This document shows positions 48,861 through 58,677 of a stretch of DNA of 64,000 nucleotides, one piece after another. The position numbers and the translations under genes were made by a program. The notes under the pieces are model-generated. The model was not told the origin of the DNA and did no database searches. It saw nothing but the letters and a program-made list of their open reading frames with translations. This stretch comes from Azolla caroliniana (Eukaryota > Plantae > Polypodiophyta), in assembly GCA_043228905.1 (NCBI GenBank), contig JBHGNT010000014.1, forward strand, positions 6,572,001-6,636,000, read 5' to 3'. Position 1 is the first letter of the stretch. Every line of letters begins with the position of its first letter.

Positions 48861-50730
48861 TATTGAAGAGGCAATAACGGTCGCACAGTCGAAACCGTCC
48901 ATGAGCCCTATAAAAAGGGTCATGGGAAGCATGTGAAAGTTAATTGAACATTTTGTATCTTCGCGCTGATTATAGAATTTTGTTTGCCCTTGGTAATCTT
49001 TGTAAGAAACTGTGTCGTAATTTCTCTTTGTCGAGTCTTCGCGTTCTATATAATGTTTTTCGTAATCAACTGGTTGTAGCCGTCTTGGTTTCCTCCACAG
49101 TCATGGAGTCATCCTCAATTCTATTCATACATAAACCCCTTGAGTTCGGAATTCGGAACAATTCAAAGCGAAAGCAACTCTCTTTCCCTGAACACAAGAC
49201 CTTGAGTCAAATAGACCAAGGATCGGATATTCGACACCGTGTTATCCTAGGCCGGTAACACTTTTGGCATGCCTGGTCGATCTGTGAGCACACAAAAGAA
49301 CATGAGGGAATGGATGTTGTCTAGCTGAATAGGTAGCAAAGAGACGGCACGACGAGGTAAACCTCAGACTTTGGCAGAATCCCGACGTGCGGCAAAGTTC
49401 TCTTTGGCAAAGTCGTGACTCGACACCCTCTTACCGGATCTCGATGAAAGCATGATCGAGTCCACGCTCACTGAGCAAAGTTCCACAGGACAGGAGGTCC
49501 TCTCCTTAATCCACCCAGACATTGACTGCAACATGCGGGCACACTACCCCATATGCCACTCCAGGGCACACACGGTGGAGCAGTGTGACTATAACCTCCT
49601 GAATCGACCCATGGTGCCGGTTCGGCGAATCGAACCACAACGCATTGGTAGGCAGCCGAATGATGAGCATGATTGGAATGCGGAGCGTCCCTGCTACAAC
49701 GAGTGTTCGTGATAGGATGACGATCGGAATTGGGACGACGATGATCGACAAGAAGACGATTATCGTCGAAATGAGCTATTGGACAATAGAAACTGACCAC
49801 GCTACTATAATTGGTGTCCTACAAACAATAGAGGTGGACAAGCTGAACAGTGGAACTACGGAGGTGATCGACAACCTCGCAACCCTTGTCCACAAGATGA
49901 TAGTCTAAACGAGGACCGACGGCAACCACCGAATAACAATTGACGTGACTACCACTGAAAACCCCAGAATACGTGTCACTAATAGTATCAACGACAATCT
50001 CAGGACGAGCTCGAGCTGATCGTTCCACCAACAACTGAAAGGGGTGAATCCAACATCCATTGCTTTATTTGCCAACAACCTGGGCATTAGGCTACCCAGT
50101 GTCCGCGACGAGACAAAGTTAAGAAACAAGCGGTTAATGCGATCACTGTGGTAGTACAACAAGTGACCACCCGTAGCCAAGTGAAGACATCCGATTGAGA
50201 GGACTAGAACGAAATACACAAAACTACAAAATCATGGGTCGAAAAAGCAAATGAGGCAAACGTCGAATGCATGAGGCACGAAAGCATAGCCGATGCGTCG
50301 TCACCAACAATGCGAGTGGACAAAGCCCCTGTGGAGAGGGACCCGATTTGGCTAGCCCTGGCCCACTATCAAATTACAATGACCATGAACAAATTCTTAA
50401 ACTTAGTCCCCAGATTTCAGCAAATGATGGAAGCGTGAATGTGTCAAGCTGACACTCCAACTGTTCTGACCAATTTTACAGAATTTGCAGCAGGGTCGAC
50501 ACTGGTTGATCACTACAACCCGGCCATTAAAATCCTACTAGAAGGGAAAGAAATCTCGAGATGTATTATTGATGGCGGCTCGGGTTCAATGGCATCAAAA
50601 AAGCTACTTGCAACCGCCTCGGCATCACAAATTGAGAAATGTGGCCATTCTGGCTTTGCATGGAGGACACCACATCTATCCGACCGTTGGGGTTAAAGTG
50701 GAAACTAGGAATTGTCGTAGGTGGACTTAT
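48860..50730 (+). mobile_element. Degenerate Gypsy I-related relic (LTR end at 49260, PBS, gag and PR fragments)
   Basis: GGTAACA followed by TGGCATGCCTGGT PBS at 49265; PICHSRAHTVEQCDYNLLN and CIIDGGSG remnants. Confidence 0.75.
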
Positions 50731-52948
50731 TGTAAAAAGAAGCGTGCGGAAGCAGGTATGAAGACCGAACAGAAGGAAGGAAACTCAGGTTCAATGGAGA
50801 GCTTGAGCTTAAACGGTATACGCGGGAGAGACAGAGAGAGTGAGAGAGAAGACAGAAAAAATATATTCAACAATAATACTTAGTCTATACATAAGACATG
50901 CTCAGTGAACACTTTTATACAAGTCCTAGGAGGACTGACCGAAGTACTGACAGTACTTCAATGCTCATCAAGAGCTCCTACACTAACTCCCAAATATATT
51001 CCTCACGGAATATCTTTCCTAAGGACCTCCCGGTTTATGTACTCGGCCTAACCGATCCGGTCCTCGGCTTCTTCAGCCGATCCGGCCGATGTTGAGCTTG
51101 TCTCTCAACACTCCCCCTCAAGCTCAACTCGAGGCTCTTCGGGATCCTCGGGGTCACAGCTCCGGTTCCTCCTGGCTTCACGCCTCGCTCGCGCTCCTCG
51201 ACCTGTTCGACTCGGCGTGCTTTGACCCTTCCGGTCGGCTTGTCTGCTCATGCGGCCCTTATCAGCTCTTCTGTTGTTGCGTTGTCGACACTTCTTCTGC
51301 TGCCTTTTCTTCCGCTTGGGCCTCGGTTGATTCAGCGTGTCTGAATCAAACATCCGAACCGACTCGGTTGCCTCCGATCGGTTTTCGCTCTCATCCGAGT
51401 TGGCTGTCTCCAACTCGTCTTCGATTTTCTCGCCCTCGATGGCGTCATCTCCCCTATGCGAGGTTGGCTTCGGCTCTTTCCTTCGGTTGCTCCCCTTCTG
51501 TCTGCTTCCGGACTTTTCCGTGGGTCCGCCCTCGGCTTCTTCAGTCGATCCGATGTCGAACTTGTCAAACGACTCGGTGTCGCGGTGTTCGCTCCTTTCC
51601 TGCTGCCTTGCTTGGTCGTTCGGGACTGTTCTCCCCCTCAAGTTCGGCACATCAAGGTGACGCAACCCGAGCGCACCTGAGAATTGCCACAACTTGTCCA
51701 GACGAAGAGGCTTCGTGAAGATGTCGGTAGTCTGCCGATCCGTCGGAACGTACTAAAGTTCGACTTCACCGGAAAGGACACGCTCACGGACAAAATGGTA
51801 GTGCACCTCAATGTGCTTGGTCCGTGCGTGGAAGACGAGGTTCTTCGCGAGCTGGATGCTACTGAGGTTGTCGCAGTAGATCGTCGTCGGATTTGACACC
51901 TCCTCTTGCAGGTCCGTAAGTAGCCGCTTCAACCATATGGCTTCATATGTCGCGATAGCCGCTCCTCGGTACTCACCTTCGGTGCTTGACAGGGCAACTG
52001 TCGGCTGCTTCTTACTGCTCCACGCGATCGCGGCACTCCCGAGGGAGAACGCGTATCCGGACGTGGATCGACGATTGGCGGCATTGCCAGCCCAGTCAAC
52101 ATCGGTGTAGCCGACTAACTGCTCGGTTGCACCGGTCCGATATAGTAGTCCGCGGTCCTTAGTGCCGCTTACGTACCGCAGTACGCGTTGCGCACACTGA
52201 AGGTGCTCCTCGGTAGGTCGCGCCATGAACTGACTGATCACTCCGACCGGATAACTGAGGTCGGGTCGGGTGATGGTCAAGTATATGAGACTTCCGACAA
52301 TTTGTCGGAACCTCGTCGGGTCGCATACCTTTCCCGTATCGGGACGAAGCTTGACGGTTCTGTCCAGAGGAGTCGAGACGGTCTTACAGTCGGCCATCCT
52401 GAATTTGAAGAGCATACTCAGCATGTAGTGACGTTGGCTGATCAATATGCCTTCGGGGGTACGGATCACTTCGATCCCGAGGAAGTAATGAAGGTCCCCC
52501 AGATCCTTCATGTCGAACGATGCCGCAAGTTGGAGCTTCACGCGGTCGATTTCACCTAGGTCGGCGCCGGTGATGACCAAGTCATCAACATATAGTAAAA
52601 TACTAACTGGTCCGAGTCGACCTTTCCGGATGAATAGGGAAGAGTCCGATTTTTACGTGGCGAAGCCCATCCGACGCAGTTGTTGCGTGATCTTCGCGTT
52701 CCAGGCATGCGAGGCTTGCTTCAGTCCGTAAAGGGACTTCTTCAGTCGGCATACTGCCGAGGAGTTCGTTCCGGAGTGAAATCCAGGGGGTTGTACCATG
52801 TACACCTGTTCCTCAAGGTCACCTTGCAGGAACGCATTCTTTACATCCATCTGATGTAAGTGCCACCCCTTGGCCGCGGCTACTGCGAGCAAAACACGGA
52901 CGGTCGTCATTTTCTTGACTGGCGCAAACGTCTCATCGTAGTCAATGC
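50731..52948 (-). mobile_element. Copia H (E-related), 3' half only: RT-RH-extension, PPT, 3' LTR 50731-51110
   Basis: Minus-strand [38 protein letters not shown]; PPT at 51111-51127. Confidence 0.9.
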
Positions 52949-53397
52949 TGTCATAACTAGACTCGAACCCATAACCTTTTGTTACACGGGTCGAGACTTT
53001 ACCATTAGGGTATGAATTGTAATTTGAAAGATATTATTTTCATTTAGGTTTTATTGGGAAATTGATGTATATTCCAGATTTCTCTGGAACATTCTAGAAA
53101 CTTCAGGAGTATTCCTGAAGACACTATAAAAGGAGGCGCAAGGCATTAGTTCGAACCAAATCGGTTCAACGCCAGTCTTAAGCCTTCTAACTACTGTTGT
53201 ATATCTTCCGTCATATAATACATATATCTTTCGCATCATCATTCTCTCTCTCTCTCTCTCTCACTCATTCCTTCTCTCAAAGTTCGACACCTCTCATAGT
53301 ACTAATCCTTCTCTGTCTTAGTACTATTCCCCAACAATAGTACTAATCCTTCTTTTAGTACTAATTCCTTCTCTGCCTTAATAGAGTTCCTGACAGT

Positions 53398-53409
53398 TTG
53401 AACCGATTT
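53398..53409 (+). promoter_or_regulatory. Self-priming PBS (Tf1-type)
   Basis: TTGAACCGATTT is the exact reverse complement of LTR 53158-53169 AAATCGGTTCAA, ~33 nt downstream of TATAAAA (53125). Confidence 0.85.
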
Positions 53410-53484
53410 CTGTCTACTAGTCTCCCTCTTCCTTCTGTCTCCCTCCTTTCCTACTAGTCTCTTATTTCCCTTTTCCTTCATCCC

Positions 53485-54654
53485 ATGGCCACCGTTAGCG
53501 TTGAAGAGTATCAATCCGTTTTCTCGGAATTTCAATGCTTGAAAGAGAAGTTTCATGCTTTGGAACAAGAAAATCAACGCTTGTTGGGGGATCTTCAGCA
53601 AATTTCCTTAGAAAAGCAGCAAACGCAACAACAGCATGGGGAACTTGCGTTACGCGTGCAACAACTCGAAGCAACCATCGTAGCAATGCAACAACAAGGG
53701 CACGGAGCACAAGGGATTCATAAAGAACCCAAGATTGGCCTTCCCACGAAGTTCGATGGAACGCGATCGCAGTTTAGAGGGTTTCTTAACCAGGTACGGT
53801 TAGTTATTCAAATGCATCCGTCCCGATATCCCACCGATGCATCACGAGTGGGTTTAGTAGGCACGTTGTTAAATGGCTCAGCATTAGCATGGTTCGCTCC
53901 GCTACTAGAAAAGGAATCTCCAGTACTAAATAATTTTGAAGAATTCATAAGTGAGTTTAAAGCATGTTTTGGAGATACTGACAGCATAAGGACTGCAATC
54001 AACAAAATCCGGCGATTACGCCAAGGTGACCGTCCAGCCTCCGCATATGCTGCAGATTTCCGCCTACTCGCCGCCGATATCCCCTGGGATGATCAAGCAT
54101 TGATGGAGCAGTTCCGCTATGGTCTACGCAACGATGTCAAGGATTTACTCTTGACTTTCCCTGAAGAGCCAAAATCATTAACAGAAGCAATCAGTCGAGC
54201 GGTCAGATGTGACAACCGCCTCTTCGAGCGACGTTCGGAACGACAATTTCAGATGCCGAGGGCAAGATCCGAGCCTACCTATGCCTCAGTGGTAGCGAAA
54301 CCTTTTCAAAGGGAGTCACATAATGCGCCTCCAGTAAGTACTCCAACTCCAATGGAAATTGACACTACACGTCGTCGTGGGCCGCTATCGGAGGAGGAAA
54401 AGCAACGACGCCGAACAAACCGATTATGCCTTTATTGCGGTGGACCAGGGCATATCGCGATAAACTGTCCCCATAGACCAAGAAGGCAGGTAAACCAAGT
54501 CATTGTTAGTTCTGACTATACTAAACCCGAGTCTATTTCAGTAGGAATCTCTGATAATCCTCATAGTCATAATAGTCCTAATAGTACTAATAGTCTGAAT
54601 CTCGCAAACAAATTTGATGTCCTTAGCCAATTAGAAGAAGAGTTAAACGACTAA
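53485..54654 (+). CDS. Gag (389 aa) of chromovirus C
   Basis: N-terminal coiled coil, EPKIGLPTKFDG capsid motif, CLYCGGPGHIAINC knuckle. Confidence 0.93.
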   Translation: MATVSVEEYQSVFSEFQCLKEKFHALEQENQRLLGDLQQISLEKQQTQQQHGELALRVQQLEATIVAMQQQGHGAQGIHKEPKIGLPTKFDGTRSQFRGFLNQVRLVIQMHPSRYPTDASRVGLVGTLLNGSALAWFAPLLEKESPVLNNFEEFISEFKACFGDTDSIRTAINKIRRLRQGDRPASAYAADFRLLAADIPWDDQALMEQFRYGLRNDVKDLLLTFPEEPKSLTEAISRAVRCDNRLFERRSERQFQMPRARSEPTYASVVAKPFQRESHNAPPVSTPTPMEIDTTRRRGPLSEEEKQRRRTNRLCLYCGGPGHIAINCPHRPRRQVNQVIVSSDYTKPESISVGISDNPHSHNSPNSTNSLNLANKFDVLSQLEEELND

Positions 54655-54700
54655 GTCCAGCCAAAATAGGAGCCGTTTGGTTGGACAGCCCTAGATCTGT
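54642..54700 (+). promoter_or_regulatory. -1 ribosomal frameshift signal
   Basis: G TTA AAC heptamer at 54642-54648, 6-nt spacer, 11-bp stem GTCCAGCCAAA/TTTGGTTGGAC. Pol is in the -1 frame, open from 54627. Confidence 0.8.
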
Positions 54701-57700
54701 GCAGCCCATTAGTGGTTCCATTCCCTCTAAGCAAGTTAGTGATGTGTTCGTAGCCCAAGTAGCAGTTAGTACTAAAAGTACCCCTCCAGTACATACCTTA
54801 GCCCTTCTAGATTCCGGAGCTAATTCTTGCTTCATGGATAGGAATTTTGCCCGAGCTCATCAGATATCTCTCAGAAAGCTCCCATGTCCAGCCTCAGTAG
54901 TAGTCATTGATGGTCGTCCCATTGCTTCTGGTAATATCATAGAAGAGTCGGAACCCGTTAATATTGTCCTAGATAACTTAACATGTGTAGTATCATTTAA
55001 TATTATTAGTATTCCAGAACATCCCATAGTTTTAGGATTACCATGGTTCGAGTTACATGACCCAGACATAGATTGGAGGACAAGGGAAATCCGGTTGCGA
55101 CAAACCCAAGGATCTACCCAGAAGGTTGCAACCATTTCGCTACGTCAGTTGCGTGAGGAAGGGCGCAAGGAGGAAATGTTTCTCTTTGCAATATCAGTAC
55201 AACCCTCCAGCACCACCAAAGAGGAGTCCACCGTTCAACTTCCCGAGAAGTATCGTCAGTATGCTGATGTGTTCGATAAAGTACAAGCCAACACACTTCC
55301 TCATCATCGGCCGTACGACTGCGCCATCGACTTACAACCGGGAAAAGAGCCGCCATGGGGGCCGATCTACAATTTGTCACCAACCGAGCTAGAAGTCCTT
55401 CGAGCCTATATAGAGGAGAATTTGGAGAACGGTTTCATTCGGCATTCGAAATCTCCAGCCGGCGCACCCATTTTCTTCGTCAAGAAAAAAGATGGCTCGC
55501 TTCGACTCGTTGTAGATTACCGTGGCTTGAATAAGGTCACAGTAAGAAATAGGTATGCTCTTCCCCTTATCTCAAGTCTTTTAGAACGGATCAACGGTGC
55601 CAGGTTCTTCACGAAGATAGACTTACGAGGAGCCTATAACCTCGTACGGATCCGACCAGGAGATGAATGGAAGACCGCGTTTCGCACCAGATATGGGCAC
55701 TTCGAGTATACGGTCATGCCGTTCGGACTCACTAATGCGCCGGCAGTCTTCCAGCACATGGCGAATGATATATTTCGAGATCTCTTGGATGATTTTTTGA
55801 TCATCTATTTGGATGATCTACTGGTTTATTCAAAGACCCAAGAAGAACATGATTCTCATGTACTATTAGTACTAAAACGACTTCGAGAACATGGTCTGTA
55901 TGCAAAGTTAGAGAAATGTAGTTTCGGGTGCAACCAAGTGGAGTTTCTCGGCTATGTCATCTCCTCAGAAGGCATATCTATGGACCCAGCCAAGGTCAAA
56001 ACGGTGATAGAATGGCACACTCCGCGTTCGGTGCGGGATGTGCAATGCTTCCTAGGCTTTGCAAATTTCTACCGGAAGTTCATACAAAATTACTCAAAAA
56101 TTGTGCTGCCTCTCACACAGCTCACCAGGAAGGGACAATCATTCATTTGGTCTAAAGAGACGGACATGGCTTTCGAGAGTCTTAAGAAGGCGTTTACATC
56201 AGCTCCAATTTTAGGTCATGTGGATCCGGAAAAACCATTCATTATCGAAGCTGATGCATCGGATTTCGCATTGGGGAGCATTCTGTCACAACAGGGTAAC
56301 GACGAGAAGCTACATCCTGTGGCTTTCCACTCCCGTAAGTTTGACGCCGCCGAAATCAACTACGAAATTCATGATAAAGAGCTATTAGCAATAGTTGATT
56401 CTTTTATGCAATGGAGGCATTTCCTGGAGGGATCTCCTCATCAGGTCACTGTATTCAGTGACCACAAGAACCTTGCCTACTTTCAAGATGCTCGTGTACT
56501 GAATCGACGTCAAGCTCGGTGGGCCCACTTCCTCACACGCTTCGACTTCAAAATTACATATCGTCCGGGGAAGCACCAAGGGAAGGCAGATGCATTATCA
56601 CGGCGTTCGTATCTAACACCACGTCCCGGTGAGCCAGCTTTCGATAACCAGAAGCAAGTAATCTTGGGTCCAGCACGACTGCAAGCAGCACAGGTCTTTG
56701 ACATGCCCGTGGATTCCGACATTACCAATACTATACGTGAGGACTTGAAGACTGACGCTTTCGCCCAAGCTATACTAGCACAAATTGACCCCTCTCGAGC
56801 GTCATGTTCACAATCACAATCACCAGGTACGGATTATCGGCAATTCAAATACTGTGATGGATTACTCTTCTTTAAAGAACTTTTGTATGTTCCTAATGGT
56901 TCTTGCCGCCTTCGAGTAGTACAAAACTGCCATGACACATATACAGCAGGACATTTTGGTAGTACTAAAACATTAGATTTAGTACAACGATCATTCTGGT
57001 GGCCCCATATGCGACAATTTGTCGAAGATTTTGTTCGGACTTGCGATACATGCTGCAGAGCGAAAATGCCAAGACATCATCCATATGGTTTATTAGAACC
57101 ATTACCAATTCCAAGCAAGCCATGGCAATCCATTGCTCTTGACTTCATTACAGATCTTCCAGTCTCTAAGGGATTCAGTGCGATTCTCACAGTGGTGGAT
57201 CGATATACGAAGATGGCTCATTTCTTACCATGTACTAAAGAAATATCTAGTGAAGACACCGCCGAAATTGTCATGCGGGAAGTATGTCGGCATCATGGAC
57301 TCCCTGATAATATCATCAGCGATCGTGGACCCCAGTTTGTGTCAAAATTCTGGAAGCACCTTTTTAAAATGCTGAAGGTCACTTGTAACCTCTCCTCCGG
57401 CTACCACCCACAAACCGACGGTCAAGCCGAACGAACAAATCAAACACTGGAGCAGTATCTGCGGTGCTTTCTCAACTATCATCAGAATGACTGGGCAGAT
57501 ATTCTTCAGTTCGCCGAATTTGCCTATAATAACGCTATCCACGCATCGACTAAAGTCACGCCATTCTACGCTTATACGGGATATCATCCCCGGTGGTGTG
57601 TCCTTGAAACCCCAGAAGTGTCCACAAATCCTTGCGCGGAGGATCGTTTGGAGCGGTTACGCAAGATACAAGCGGATTTATCTACTCAACTCCAGCAAGC

Positions 57701-58238
57701 TCAACAATCACACAAGGACTACGCAGATCGTCATCGACTTCCATCCAGTTTTAACATTGGAGATCGGGTGTGGCTGCTACGACGACACATCAAGACTACT
57801 CGCCCATGTGAGAAGTTGGATTATCGGCGATTAGGTCCTTTCCGTATTATCGGGAAGATTAATGATGTCGCTTTTCGTCTCGAGCTACCTCCGCAACTTC
57901 GGATACACCCGGTGTTTCATAGTTCTCTCCTCGAACCCTATCACGAGAGCACTATCCCAGGACGTACTATACAACCTCCACCTCCTATCGAGCTCGAAGA
58001 TGGACCTGAGTATGAGGTCGCTGCCATCCTCGATTCCAAGATTGTTCGCAACAAGCTCTACTATCTAGTCGATTGGCTAGGATATAGTCCCAGCGAGCGT
58101 ACTTGGGAACCGATCGAGAATGTGACCAATGCTCGTGCTCTTCTAGAAGACTTCCATCGACGATATCCCGAGAAACCGGGTCCTCAATCCAAAACGACTC
58201 GTGAAACTCGTCGTTTTAAAGGGGGGATAGTGTCATAA
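54681..58238 (+). CDS. Pol (PR-RT-RH-INT-chromodomain) of chromovirus C, uninterrupted
   Basis: LLDSGA, YLDD, EADASD, HHCC-D-D-E integrase, GPF motif, chromodomain EYEVAAILDSKIVRNKLYYLVDWLGYSPSERTWEP. Confidence 0.96.
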   Translation: MDSPRSVQPISGSIPSKQVSDVFVAQVAVSTKSTPPVHTLALLDSGANSCFMDRNFARAHQISLRKLPCPASVVVIDGRPIASGNIIEESEPVNIVLDNLTCVVSFNIISIPEHPIVLGLPWFELHDPDIDWRTREIRLRQTQGSTQKVATISLRQLREEGRKEEMFLFAISVQPSSTTKEESTVQLPEKYRQYADVFDKVQANTLPHHRPYDCAIDLQPGKEPPWGPIYNLSPTELEVLRAYIEENLENGFIRHSKSPAGAPIFFVKKKDGSLRLVVDYRGLNKVTVRNRYALPLISSLLERINGARFFTKIDLRGAYNLVRIRPGDEWKTAFRTRYGHFEYTVMPFGLTNAPAVFQHMANDIFRDLLDDFLIIYLDDLLVYSKTQEEHDSHVLLVLKRLREHGLYAKLEKCSFGCNQVEFLGYVISSEGISMDPAKVKTVIEWHTPRSVRDVQCFLGFANFYRKFIQNYSKIVLPLTQLTRKGQSFIWSKETDMAFESLKKAFTSAPILGHVDPEKPFIIEADASDFALGSILSQQGNDEKLHPVAFHSRKFDAAEINYEIHDKELLAIVDSFMQWRHFLEGSPHQVTVFSDHKNLAYFQDARVLNRRQARWAHFLTRFDFKITYRPGKHQGKADALSRRSYLTPRPGEPAFDNQKQVILGPARLQAAQVFDMPVDSDITNTIREDLKTDAFAQAILAQIDPSRASCSQSQSPGTDYRQFKYCDGLLFFKELLYVPNGSCRLRVVQNCHDTYTAGHFGSTKTLDLVQRSFWWPHMRQFVEDFVRTCDTCCRAKMPRHHPYGLLEPLPIPSKPWQSIALDFITDLPVSKGFSAILTVVDRYTKMAHFLPCTKEISSEDTAEIVMREVCRHHGLPDNIISDRGPQFVSKFWKHLFKMLKVTCNLSSGYHPQTDGQAERTNQTLEQYLRCFLNYHQNDWADILQFAEFAYNNAIHASTKVTPFYAYTGYHPRWCVLETPEVSTNPCAEDRLERLRKIQADLSTQLQQAQQSHKDYADRHRLPSSFNIGDRVWLLRRHIKTTRPCEKLDYRRLGPFRIIGKINDVAFRLELPPQLRIHPVFHSSLLEPYHESTIPGRTIQPPPPIELEDGPEYEVAAILDSKIVRNKLYYLVDWLGYSPSERTWEPIENVTNARALLEDFHRRYPEKPGPQSKTTRETRRFKGGIVS

Positions 58239-58677
58239 CTAGACTCGAACCCATAACCTTTTGTTACACGGGTCGAGACTTTACCATTAGGGTATGAATT
58301 GTAATTTGAAGGATATTATTTTCATTTAGGTTTTATTGGGAAATTGATGTATATTCCAGATTTCTCTGGAACATTCTAGAAACTTCAGGAGTATTCCTGA
58401 AGACACTATAAAAGGAGGCGCAAGGCATTAGTTCGAACCAAATCGGTTCAACGCCAGTCTTAAGCCTTCTAACTACTGTTGTATATCTTCCGTCATATAA
58501 TACATATATCTTTCGCATCATCATTCTCTCTCTCTCTCTCTCTCACTCATTCCTTCTCTCAAAGTTCGACACCTCTCATAGTACTAATCCTTCTCTGTCT
58601 TAGTACTATTCCCCAACAATAGTACTAATCCTTCTTTTAGTACTAATTCCTTCTCTGCCTTAATAGAGTTCCTGACA

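Larger units (their letters stand above)
52949..58677 (+). mobile_element. Chromovirus C (Tcn1-like), intact ORFs, very young
   Basis: 447-bp LTRs 52949-53395 and 58231-58677 differing at one position that I can see; PPT AAAGGGGGGATAG at 58218-58230; self-priming PBS; no matching TSD (AATGC vs GCCTC). Confidence 0.97.
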
